A stretch of DNA of 64,000 bases. Source: Octopus vulgaris. Its lineage: Eukaryota. Made by a program: the position numbers and the translations under genes. Positions 1-12,093 of the stretch are shown one piece after another (position 1 is the stretch's first letter; every line of letters starts with the position of its first letter). The stretch covers positions 96,472,001 through 96,536,000 of the forward strand of contig OX597824.1 in assembly GCA_951406725.2 (NCBI GenBank), written 5' to 3'. The notes under the pieces are model-generated. The model saw nothing but the letters and a program-made list of their open reading frames with translations. It was not told where the DNA came from and searched no databases.

Positions 1-52
1 TATCTGTTTCAACACACGGTTTCATATCAGGAATCCTGCAACACAAATTCAT

Positions 53-56
<4 letters not shown>
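1..56 (+). mobile_element. 3' tail of a PLE pseudo-LTR (same family as 49825-50990), cut by the window edge
   Basis: tatctgtttcaacacacg...caacacaaat resembles the end of the PLE copies at 50934-50985 and 31650-31700; followed by (CA)n. Confidence 0.55.
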
Positions 57-123
<67 letters not shown>

Positions 124-159
124 CATACACACACACATAAATACATATACAGATAAAGG

Positions 160-410
160 ATAAAAACCCTTTCCGAGTCAAAGGGTCATAAAGCCGGTTC
201 CCCGATTCCGTGGTGCATTTCTCACTATTTCTCACTCGCTGGGAGGGTCGTCGGTCCGTCCCAGCATTCCTCACTTTTGGCAGCTGAGTGGACTGGGGCA
301 GCATGAAACGAAGTGTTTTGGTTCAAGAACATCACCCGGTCCAGGAATCGAAACCACAGTCTTACGATCATGAGTTCAACTCCATAACCACTAAGTTACG
401 CGCCTCCACT
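160..410 (-). mobile_element. tRNA-derived CORE-type SINE (octopus OR-like), diverged
   Basis: Reverse complement starts gtggaggcgcgtaacttagtggtt (A box) and has a B-box-like tttcgattcc; homologous to 12710-12816. Confidence 0.7.
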
Positions 411-542
411 ACACACCCACATATAAACACACAACGCTCATATATATATATATACACACATACATACACACACACACATATATATATATATACACACATA
501 CACAGCACACACAACACTCATATATATACACACACGCACACA

Positions 543-580
<38 letters not shown>

Positions 581-1149
581 ACACACACATACATATACAT
601 ACACATATACAACACACACACACATATATATATACAAACACACACATGCACAACTCGCAGACACACATACACAACACGTACACTCATATACACAACAGTA
701 CGCGCGCGCGCACACACACACATATACAAATACACACATACACAACACACACATACACACACACACATATATATATATATATACAAACACATATACACAC
801 AGACCTGTTTATAGATAGACACCCGCACACTCGCACACACAGATTTCTCGTTTTGACAGACATATTTATGAAAATACTTATGTAGCAAATATGAGAAAAT
901 TATATCCCTTTCTCTCTGTCTCTCTCTGTCTCTCTGTCTCACCATCCCTAGACACTCAATCTCACTTCCACACCCCTCCCTCCCTAATAAGCCACTCTTT
1001 ATCTACACCTCCCCCACGGCTACCCGCCTTCCGCCACCCATATACCCGTCCCTACTGTTTTTATGGTGTAAATCTAGATGTATTTCATTTCATAAATCAT
1101 ATTCTACCTCGATACGAAAATAGTTTGGCTGGTCTTAGATTTTTATCTA

Positions 1150-1762
1150 TTTCTGTCTGTCTATCTTTCCATCTGCCTGCCTGCCTGTCTGCCTTCCTGC
1201 CTGCCTGCCTGCCTGCTTGCCTTCCTGCCTGTCTGTCTGCCAGCCTGCCTGCCTGTCTGCCTGTTTGGCTGACCGTCCGGTCATCTGTTTGCCTATTCTT
1301 CTGTCTGTATGTTTGTCAGCCTTTCAGACTCTTTGTTTATCTTTCTCACCGACTATTTGTCTGCATGTCTGCTTCCCTATCTGTCTGTTTGTCTACTTCT
1401 CTGTCTGTGTGCCTGTCCGTCTGTCCAGCTTTCAGTCTGTCTGTCTCTCTGCCAGTCTCTGTCTCTTTGGCTGTCTCACTGTTTTCTTGCCTGTCTGCCT
1501 GTCTAATTTTACCCTGCTGTGTCTATCAGCCAGTTTGCTTGACTTCTTGTCCGTCTTGTCCATCTTTCAATCTACCTGCCTGTCTGTCTGTCTTACCTGT
1601 CGTCTGCCTGTCTCATTTCAATCTCTCTGTTAGACTATTAATCTGACTGTCTGTCTGCTTGCCTTCTTGTCCGTCTTGTCCATCTTTCACTCTGCCTGTC
1701 CGTGCCTGTCTGTCTTCGTGTCCTCTTGTCTACTTGTATGTCTGACTTTCTGCCTGTCTGCT
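1150..1762. repeat. Degenerate (CTGT/CTGC)n tetranucleotide array
   Basis: Direct reading; accounts for ORFs 891..1646 and 1217..1633. Confidence 0.9.
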
Positions 1763-1842
1763 GTTTTAGGTATGGGACAGATTGGAACATATTTGCAAAG
1801 ATCGAAACTTACCCCTAGAGAAAGAAAGAAACAAGAAAGAGA

Positions 1843-1878
<36 letters not shown>

Positions 1879-1903
1879 AGGAGTAAGAGACGAGTGTGGA
1901 GTA

Positions 1904-1980
<77 letters not shown>

Positions 1981-2469
1981 GGATAGAAAGCTTGAGAAGA
2001 AAGAGAAAACGAGAGAAGGCTTTGATGATGGTAAGGGTTAGCTCCGAAACGCATTGTTTGTGAGATGAGGGTGAGAAGTGTAAAGCGGATTGTCAGACAG
2101 TGGCCTATTTTGAAGCGAGTGGAAGCTCTTTTACACTTGGTGTGTCCGTGCGTGTAATGTAGGGAGCCAAGTGGAGTAAATCGTTTTGGGAGAACACCCA
2201 CACACATTTGTTACATTTTTACGAAAAGAGTGATGAGAGTGACTGCGAAGTTTCTGCCTGCTAGCCTTCATCGGAAGGTCAACACTTTGAGGTCACTGTC
2301 GTCACCCGTTTTGCAAAAGTGTAACAAATATGGACTTTACAAAAAAGTATTGAGTAATTCTTTAGTTTAAGGTAAAATTGTTTTTGGTAGCATAATTCGA
2401 CGTAAAAGCAAACATTAATACACACACACATACATACATAATACATACATACATACATACATACATACA

Positions 2470-2522
<53 letters not shown>

Positions 2523-2548
2523 GAAAGATATATATATATATATATATA

Positions 2549-2805
2549 TAAAATACAAAAGTGGGACAAGAACGCAAAACATCCAGACAGTCGATACGAA
2601 GAAAACAAGGACGCGTTATTCGGAGTTTTCTTTCCTCAGTCGAGTTCCAGATAATCTTTGCAATTTCGGCTGGTTATACTCGAGATTGCTCTAATCTGGC
2701 TAGCCCCAAGGAAAAACTATGCTAAGAGCATTAGATTCCTTGTAAGAAAGCAGCGAATGTATACGAAAACAAGGACAGAGAAAACGGAGAAATGGTACTC
2801 AAATA
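2549..2805 (-). mobile_element. Probable PLE pseudo-LTR fragment with decayed hammerhead-like motif
   Basis: Abuts (TA)n; minus strand has ctgagga-aagaaaactcc-gaataacgcgtc; A-rich layout like the 9555 and 38693 elements. Confidence 0.4.
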
Positions 2806-3139
2806 CAAATGCTTATATATGTGTATGTATGTATATAAATGTATATGCGTACATATATAATGTATATACATCATACACTTACATAAACACACGCACATAT
2901 GTATGTTATTCGATCTGCAATAAACTTACATATGTATAAAAGCCACAGATAGCACAAAGGTCCCAATACAATGAAACTTGTTGATTAAAGCATTAAATCA
3001 TTTATTAAAACTATTAATTCGCAGAGAGACCGTTTTGTTTCATAGAATGTAACGGATTTCCACGAATGAATAATTATGGCAGTAACTAAGCACAGAGAGT
3101 AGGAGGCGACAAATACCATCCTAAACGGTTTTCAAAGGA

Positions 3140-3822
3140 TGGTGTGTAAAAAATGCTGTGGAACCGTTGTTGATATTTGTGAAGAAGTCCATCATCATCA
3201 AATTGATAATTGTGCTGAGAAAGAGAAATTGAAGGAGGGGAAAAAAGCACGGAAAAAGAAACGGCACGGAGAGAAAAAAATGAGATACGAATGCCAAGAC
3301 AGATATTGAAGGCCGCTGGTTATGGATGCCGAGGAGTGATTTGAAAATAGAAACAGAAGCACTGAAGTACAAGGACAGGCATTGAAGACAATCTATGTGA
3401 AGTGCAGAATTGACGAAATAACCGAGAGCGATAAATGCAGAATGTGTTGTGAAAGGGGCGAAACAATGTTACACGTTGTTAGTGGATATCCGAAATTGGC
3501 ACAATGCAATTACAAACGACGACATGGCAATGTGATAAGAATGATCCATTGGGAGCTTTGTGGTGATTGACGTAGCACGAACTGGTTAGAACAGGATTGA
3601 AGAGGAAGAAAAAGAAGACAAAGCGAACAATTATGGTGAATTGAAATGGGAAAATACGCAAAATGTAGTTTGATAGTAATAGTGATTGGTTCACCTGAAT
3701 ATACCTGCATCCACCTACCAACACGGCTCAGAAAGATTGGAACAAATGTAGAGATAGAACAACAACCAAAATCACCATTGCTTGGAACTGCAAGAGTTCT
3801 TCGGAGAGGTTTTGAAGCATGA
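3140..3822 (+). pseudogene. Decayed R4/Dong-clade non-LTR retrotransposon, 3' part (CCHC knuckle and RLE endonuclease end), internally deleted
   Basis: Translates, with frameshifts, to WLWMPRSDLKIETEAL / KCRMCCERGETMLHVVSGYPKLAQCNYKRRHGNVIRMIHWELC / KSPLLGTARVLRR, homologous to the 52528-53919 protein. Confidence 0.8.
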
Positions 3823-3843
3823 TAAGTAAACAAGTAACACACT

Positions 3844-3886
<43 letters not shown>

Positions 3887-3904
3887 TTTGTGTGTGTATA
3901 TCTA

Positions 3905-3979
<75 letters not shown>

Positions 3980-4701
3980 GTCTGTCTGCCTGTCTGACTG
4001 TCAGTTTGTACGTATGTATGTATGTATGTATATGTATATATGTTATATGTATGTATATTTATATTTATATATGTATATATGTATATATATATGTGTGTGT
4101 TTACAATTCATCGTTGTCAACGTTGAGAGATGGAGAGAGGAATCCGACACGACTTGAGCTTCTGATCAAGATTCTGATAACAACGCATTGCTAACACACC
4201 TGAACATTAAACGACAGGTGTGTTGGCTGCGTGGAGATAGGTGAGTAAGTGGTCCTTTTATTAATGCGTATTTAAGTGTGTATATAAAAGATTGAATGTA
4301 CATACGTGTTTCATAATGTGTATAGACAAATGTATACATACGCACATTTTTGAAAACGTTCATTTTGTACTAGTTATGTATGTATGTAAGTATGTATGTA
4401 TGTATGTATGTATGTATGTGTGTGTATGTATAAATGTACGTATGTATATATGTATGTGTGTGTATATGTATGTATTATGCATATGTTATCTATATATTAT
4501 GTATATAAATTTTGTGTGTATATGTATGTATATATGTTGTGTGTATGTATGTTTGTATGTATGTATGTATGTATGTATGTATGTGTGTGTATGTATTATG
4601 CATATATTATCTATATATTATGTATATAAGTGTTCTGCGTTTGTGTTTGTATTCATATATGTATGAATGTATACATGTATATATGTATATGCATGCATGT
4701 G

Positions 4702-4752
<51 letters not shown>

Positions 4753-4958
4753 AATATAAGAGAGTGGTCACTAGAAACCTTTGGATTAACTGGTGCTAGA
4801 GTGAGCAATATAGTGACCACTCTCTTATATTTATTTTGTAAAAATATTATAATATGTTATAAAATATTATAATAATCCAGGTTTCTCGAAGCACTAGGCC
4901 ACTTGGTGTTGAATAAATATACTATTAAATTAGTATCTAATTCTCTCACCCTTATTAA

Positions 4959-5035
<77 letters not shown>

Positions 5036-5037
<2 letters not shown>

Positions 5038-5191
5038 AGAGTAATCACATAAATGCGAAACAAGGTGGAAAAAATAGTATTCGAGGACCAGAGGTAGAGT
5101 AATATGCTTTATTAAAAAGAATTCTAATCAAAACTCTCCGACGAACGGGAACGTGAAACTCCGAGTAACAGTTTTTGTGATATTTTTGCTG

Positions 5192-5195
<4 letters not shown>
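5036..5195 (+). mobile_element. Short PLE-derived element between two (TA)n tracts carrying a hammerhead-like motif
   Basis: Flanked by (TA)n on both sides; its 5' part recurs inverted at 36345-36422; HHR-like motif at 5130-5175. Confidence 0.6.
5130..5175 (+). ncRNA. Type I hammerhead-like motif with CCGACGA core (U4C variant)
   Basis: aaaactct-CCGACGA-acg ggaa cgt-GAA-actc c gagt-A-acagtttt: stem I 7 of 8 bp, stem II 3 bp, near-palindromic stem III, GUA site. Confidence 0.6.
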
Positions 5196-5245
<50 letters not shown>

Positions 5246-6172
5246 CCGTGTGTGTCCTGAGTATGTCTTTAAGCTGCATCCGGTAGTATGGCTTAATTTC
5301 AAGAGTTCCAGTGTTTTGAGAAGTGTGGAACCATTTTTTGTCTAAGTCTACTCCAACCCGGCTTCATAGCACCCACCAAGGTCCCAGTTGTGGTTTAACT
5401 AGTTTATGTGATGACAATCCAGCTGAGCACTGTGGATGCAAAAATACCCCTACTTGGCGTCAGGGCGCACAGTAAGCCACCGCGAGTGATTGACTCCTAG
5501 ATGTTGTCACAACACTCTTCAAGGAGATGGGCACTCTGATCTAAAAACAGCGGTTTCACGTGATTATTGGTCATTTCGCTTCGGCCTGTCACTAGGTATT
5601 AACCACAGAAATTCAGAAAGTGACCCTTGTGTTGTACAAGCGTTTATCGGTCCGATTTCTGAGTTAATTGATAAATAATGAGTTAATGAGATTTCTGAGT
5701 TAATTCATAAATAATGTACTCATAAAAGTCATGAGTACATAAACGTACTCATGACTTTGCATCTGCTTCTTCCATGGGTGCAAGTAAGTATTTCATTTAT
5801 TTCTTAACGTATTTACCGCTGATGACGAGAAAATTCTTTAAGAATTAACTCAGAAATCGGACCGATTCGATAATAACGGAATTTTTTAGAAATTTATGTC
5901 AGCTTCGTTCGGGACGCGTGCTTTCAGTGATGAATTATATGTGGTTATTGACGATTTAAAGTCTATTATCGGCATATTTGGGATAGGAATTTTATTCTTT
6001 TGCCTTTATTTATAAGTTGTTTATAAATTTCACCTTTAAAGGTTTTTTTTTTAATATGCTGGCCACTGATAAATTCTTTTTGAAAATTTTATCCTATATT
6101 ATATATATATATATACTTGCCCCAGCATGGACACAGCTCGTGAGTGGAAGAGCTGAAAGTAGTTCAATTCAA

Positions 6173-6245
<73 letters not shown>

Positions 6246-6294
6246 GTATATATATATATATCTGTATATATCTGTATTTATGTACTCTTGATAT

Positions 6295-6353
6295 ATTCAA
6301 CCGATGACGGTAAAGCTTATTTAAAGCAAAACCAGAAATCCTGGATCTTGAAT
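6295..6353 (+). ncRNA. Type I hammerhead-like motif with CCGAUGA core
   Basis: attcaa-CCGATGA-cggt...acca-GAA-atcc t ggat-C-ttgaat: 6-bp stem I, near-palindromic stem III, AUC site; inside a ~200-bp element between (TA)n tracts. Confidence 0.55.
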
Positions 6354-6485
6354 TATTCAATAATTTTTGCTTGTATATTTTGTCTATCTGTCTTATCTCA
6401 TGGTGCGACACGAACCCTTAACGTGGTTTTTATAGTCAGAGTTTCGACTGCTATTTCGGCATGTTGGTGTCTCTTAGACACCCTC

Positions 6486-6551
<66 letters not shown>

Positions 6552-7151
6552 ATGTATATATGTATGTATGTATGTATATATTTATATCAGTGTGTGTGTC
6601 TGTTGCAAGATGGAAGCTAAAGTAACAAGCCAGCATATATATATATATTTAAACACCTACGCATTCTCGTCCTCCTGCTCCATCTCCTCACCACTTCTCT
6701 TCCACCGCGTCCTCCTCCTCCCCCCATTGATAAATCTGTCAGGTTGTCATCAACTGATTACCGTGCCTTCTCTTGTTACTGTCCACCCACCTCACCTACA
6801 CAAGAACAACAACAAAAAATATACAACAAGAACAACAACAACCTAGGCACCATGTAATATGTATATATAAATTCACTTTCATTCACACACAACCATGTTT
6901 ATTTTCCTATGCGAATACATACGTATATGTACACACACAACCACACACATATGCCAGTGTAGGTATGATAAATACACATACTTACATATTTATAGATATT
7001 AATATGTATGCATAAATACAATATTAGTTAAAACGTGTCCCTTCTGTGCTGTCTTCCTTTTCTATTCATTGCTGTCATCACAATATATATATATCTGATA
7101 TATATGATGTATATGTATATATATATATATGATATATATATGATATATATG

Positions 7152-7277
<126 letters not shown>

Positions 7278-7308
7278 ATATATATATATTAATATATATA
7301 TATATGTA

Positions 7309-7503
7309 CAGGGGGAGAATTCACAAAAAAAAAGAGACGAAGACAGGTGGTGTAGACAACAAACGAATGTATTAGTATAATGCTCGGGAAGTGAATAAGT
7401 CTTTAACGTTTCGAGCCTACGCTCTTCCACAGAAAGGAACAAAAAAAAAGAAACAAGGAGAGAAAATAAAAAATGTGTAGTGGCTAGTAATCTATCATGG
7501 CGA
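7309..7503 (-). mobile_element. Solo 3' end of the Neptune-type PLE family (pLTR fragment) with HHR-like motif at 7401-7436
   Basis: Reverse complement aligns with 45500-45710 and 47152-47347; between (TA)n tracts. Confidence 0.8.
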
Positions 7504-7515
7504 ATGATATAAATA

Positions 7516-7569
<54 letters not shown>

Positions 7570-7579
7570 CACATAGATT

Positions 7580-7638
<59 letters not shown>

Positions 7639-7799
7639 GTCTGTCTGTCTATCTGTCTGTCTATCTGTCTATCTATATTTGTGTACAAACGAAAGGAAAG
7701 ACAAAGTGGAATACTATGTTTTTCTTGTATTTAGGGAAGGTCATTATGCCAAGAATAAATACACACACTGGTTTCATTTCATATCTTTTATTATCATAA

Positions 7800-8773
7800 G
7801 TCAATTTGACAAATCGATTGTTTGATTAATTGTTCAATCTATGAATCAATGAACTAATCAATCAATCAATTAAAACTTTTACAAACCAAATACAAAGGTG
7901 AAATAATATTACATGTTTTGGTCCAATATTCTTTATCAACAGGTTACATTACTCAAAGTTTCCCAGATGCTGAAATACGTGTGATTCATCAGATTTCAAC
8001 CACCCAGAGAAATGTTTTCCATGAACAATTGGTATTGAATGTTTCTATCATTCCTTGCAACATTTACGCCGAATTCGGTGATAAAAATACATCCTTATAA
8101 TTCCCACATAAACCCCTAAATGCATTTGGCTGACCCGGAGAAATGTCTTGAAGTGCATAAAATATTTTAACCATTTAAAAGCACTGAAAAAGAAAACCTC
8201 TGTTAACTTCACTTAAACATTTATTATTTGGCGTCAAATTCTCAAGTCTGTGACTTTGTCACTGGTGTGATTCCACTACAGTGAAGCCGGGTCAGTTACC
8301 AGGTTGCAGTTGGTGCGAGGAAATTTCTGACTCCAAATAATAAATGTTTAAGTGATGCTAACAGTTTTTGTATATTTTGAATGGAATTCCTTTAGTCTCA
8401 AGACACAGATCAAATCACTTGCCAGGGAAGAATACCTTTGAAGTCATAAAATTTTAAAATCTAAATTTATAAACTTACAATATCACCTTGGAGAGACAAA
8501 TAATTCTTGTGCCAATCTTCAAATGAAGAAGCGGTAACCAAACTTTTCTAATAAATTGTTAGAGATTTATAAGAAATTTCACAATAAACATTGCGTAGGA
8601 AAATTCTGTTTTCTTAAAATGGCAACTTCATCATCTAATCTACCAATTAGAGAAAGGTAATTTCTTTTGAAGTTATCTCGTTTATAGTCTGCTCGTGTGC
8701 ACCTTTTATGGTGAAATTTCCTGCGGCAAATTTTCGCACGGTTAAAATATTCACGACGAAATTTCCGGACACG
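7800..8773. mobile_element. Possible decayed DNA transposon (Mutator-like?) remnant
   Basis: Subterminal repeats of the (c)ggngaaatttcc type at 8710-8772; weak minus-strand peptide NLMNHTYFSIWE; no complete motif. Confidence 0.25.
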
Positions 8774-8870
8774 CTCTTAGAGATTTCTTGCTGAACTCAT
8801 TAAAAGAATGTGGTTCAATACATAAATAATGGATTTTAATATTAAGTTCTCAGTTAAGGCAGAACCTTAA

Positions 8871-9086
8871 CTGAGCTGGCAGAACCGTTGCCACGCGGAG
8901 CGAAATGCTTAGCGGCATATCGTCCGTCACTACGTTCTGAGTTCAATTTCCGCCGAGTTCGCCTTTCAAACTTTCAATCTTTCGGGGTCAATAAAATAAG
9001 TACCAGTTAAATACTGAGGTCGATGAAGTCGACTTATTCTCTCCCTCGAATTTGCTGGCCTTGTGCCAAGTTGTGAAACCAATATT
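8871..9086 (+). mobile_element. tRNA-derived SINE with Meta-like central domain
   Basis: gagctggcagaa...gttctgagttcaa...tttcggggtcaataaaataagtaccag; homologous to 27361-27597. Confidence 0.8.
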
Positions 9087-9235
9087 TAATTCCCAGCTGT
9101 ATTCCCGACCAATTGTGTTCGGTTATCCTTTCATAACCACGAATTCATCTGTAATTTTTCTCTCTTCGTCAAATAAGTTTAAAACGCCATTCATTTCTTA
9201 AAACAGCCCCGCTTCGTGGATTTTTTTTTTCATCT

Positions 9236-9547
9236 TTTATCCTTTATCTCTTTCAGTCACTAAACTGAGGCCATGCTGGGGCACTGCCTTGAAGAATTCT
9301 AGTCGAATGGATCGATCCCAGTACTTGTTTCATACCTGGTATTTATTTTATTGGCTTCTTTCGCCGAACCGCTAAGATACCGGGACGTAAATACACCAAC
9401 ACCGGTTGCCAAGTGGAGGTGAATAACACACACACATAATATATACATCCACATACATACATTATACACACACACAAATAAGTATATTCCACGGGCTTCT
9501 TTCGGTTTCCACCTACGAAATCTGCTCACAAAGCCTCGATCATTCCC
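9236..9547 (-). mobile_element. CORE-type SINE (OR-like), body and 3' part
   Basis: Homologous to 17065-17300 and 18633-18797 (ggtagacggaaactgaaagaagcccg; ccagcatggcc). Confidence 0.7.
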
Positions 9548-9553
9548 GATCAT

Positions 9554-9815
9554 GAGTACAGGACGTCACCAACGGTAAACAACATGAAATACGAAAACAA
9601 ATGAGTTAAATACGCAAAAAACGAGAGGCAAAAAATAGAAAACAGTTGTCGGCTGTGTATATGCTCCTCATTTCGAGCACTCAACGACAATATAAGTCTT
9701 CAAAGACAGTTGCTCCCATAAATTCCAAAATAAAATTTTAGATTTATGGAGGGTCAAAGTTGGGAACAAAAACAGGACAGTGGAGATACAGAAGGAAAAC
9801 GAACGAAAACAAACA
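9554..9815 (-). mobile_element. PLE pLTR-like fragment related to 38693-39140
   Basis: Shares terminal gagtacaggac and overall layout with the 38693 element. Confidence 0.45.
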
Positions 9816-9823
9816 AATATCGT

Positions 9824-9861
<38 letters not shown>

Positions 9862-9967
9862 CGCGCGCGCACATACACGAAAACCCAGAGCGCAGACGTG
9901 TACACTTATGTAAGGTACACTTGTACATATAATACCAAACATATTCGCACTCAATTCCATGCATTTA

Positions 9968-10043
<76 letters not shown>

Positions 10044-10077
10044 CACACACACACACACGCATACACACACACGCACA

Positions 10078-10118
<41 letters not shown>

Positions 10119-11145
10119 ATACAGATCCATAAACAACAAAAACCATATTTACATCACACACGTGTCATGGCTAATTCGCAGTTTGGCTGGCTAATCCTTT
10201 AATCGTTACCTTAACGAATTAACCGTGTTTCTAATCCGGCAGATTAGCCCCTCCCCCTCCGGTATCACCCCTTTACCCCTTTCTTACCTCTCCATCTCCC
10301 CCGCTCTCCCTGGGGGGTTCTTGAATAATAATAAGGTAAACTACTGACGGAGAAATAACAGGAAGAAAGAAAGAAAGAAAGAAAAGAAGAGAGGAAATAT
10401 ATGAAATTCGTGAATAAAAAAATATAAAAATAAATGCGCAGATTCTGTGTTCTGTGAAGTAATGACCACCACCATCGATAAGACCAGCATCACTGCCAAC
10501 GCCGGAATTACCATCGTAGTTATCAACTCCACCACCATCGCTGCCGTCAACATCACACAGCCACTAAAACCACCACTACAATCACCAGCATCACCAGCAC
10601 CACCAGCACCAGCACCACCACCAGCACCACCACCGCCGCCGCAATGTCATTGAAATCGTTGTCGTTGTTATTGTTTTGGGTCCCTTCTCTGTCATCGTCT
10701 CGGCATTGTCATCAACGCATGGCAACGCATGACAGATTCTAGGTGGCCGCATGGTTTGCTAAAAATAGCAAGTAAAACCATCACCAAAAGCGATTGCTAG
10801 CAACTCTGATTGAGAAGGTTTCCTAAGTTCCGTTCCCCTTCCAAAGCAACACCAGTCACGACTGCGAGGCAGTGCGGAAAACATGGACGTGTCTTCAGAT
10901 AAGGGCTCGGCAGCCCAGAGCCGGAGGATTCCACTCCAGGTCCTTGTCGAGTCAGGGAAGACATGAAAACTAGAGACGTGTGATAAACAATAGGGGACAG
11001 CAAGAAAGGGGTGTGGGGTGAGGGTATGGAAAGTAAAAATTGATTCCAAGACGAAGAGAAGCAAAATCTTAGAACAGAGGGTCTCAAACGTTTTGGGCCA
11101 CCGCCACCCCCCCTCATTGCCGCATAATACCCTCAGCACATCCAC

Positions 11146-11225
11146 GGGCATATGGCGTAGTGGTTAAGAGCGCGGGTTACTAACCCCAAGATTCCGAGTT
11201 CGATTCCAGGCAGGGATCTGAATAG
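11146..11225 (+). mobile_element. Very short tRNA-derived SINE-like element ending in (TAA)n
   Basis: A box TGGCGTAGTGG 11153-11163, anticodon-like hairpin ggg-ttactaa-ccc, B box GAGTTCGATTCC 11196-11207; no proper acceptor stem. Confidence 0.6.
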
Positions 11226-11226
11226 C

Positions 11227-11284
<58 letters not shown>

Positions 11285-11289
<5 letters not shown>

Positions 11290-12093
11290 CACCATGGGAC
11301 TGCAAAAATACCTACTTCAGAAGCAAGGAAAACTGATACAAATAGCGGCAAAACACGAGCAAAACAAAAAATTGTTCTCAGTATTTAAGGAAGCTGACAA
11401 ATACAAACAAGAAATCATAACACCTAACAAATATGAAGAAGAAGAAGAAGAAGAAGAAGAAGAAGAAGAAGAAGAAGAAGAAGAAGAAGAAGAAGAAGAA
11501 GAAAACACAACAAAAGCTATAAAGCAAATGAAATCAAAATAAAACTAGAACAGCGACGGACCATGATAAACCGATGGCAAGAAAAGCCCCTTCATGGCAA
11601 ATACTGGACTAAACTAAATGCAAAAGAAATAGACAAAGAAAAATCCCAGCAGTGGTTGAGAAGCTCAGGACTCAAAGAAGAAGAGGGATTTTTAATTGCA
11701 GCACAAGACTCCCCACCAGAAATTACCAAAAACATGTAATGAAAAGAAATATAACAAGTAACTGCAGAATATGTGGAGATGGACAAGAAACAATAAATCA
11801 TATTATCTCTGGCTGCCCAGTCCTGGCTAAGAAGGAATATATTCACAGACACGACAGATTTGGGACCTACATACATTGGAAGCTATGCCAATATTACGGA
11901 ATAACAACAGAAAAAAGATGGTATAGACACACACCAGAAAAGGTCACAGAAAACGAGAAAGCAACCATACTCTGAGATATGCCGATACACACAGATAGAG
12001 AAATTAAGGCCAACAGACCAGATATAGTTGTCAGAGATCATGAAGAAAAAAAATGCTTTCTAATTGATGTATCAATACCGGCAGATGACAACG
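11285..12093 (+). pseudogene. R4/Dong-clade LINE fragment (thumb, CCHC, start of RLE) with stops and frameshifts
   Basis: Closely similar in DNA to 52910-53680; CRICGDGQETINHIISGC, RHD and RPDIVV motifs; 5' end abuts (TAA)n. Confidence 0.9.

Noticed and set aside
891-1646. 251-aa ORF
   Set aside because: Driven by a degenerate CTGT/CTGC repeat.
2020-2062. ttgatga...ccgaaacgcattgtt as a hammerhead
   Set aside because: C3 is missing and there is no stem I pairing.
11146-11218. Functional tRNA gene
   Set aside because: A/B boxes are present but the acceptor and T stems do not pair; treated as SINE-like.
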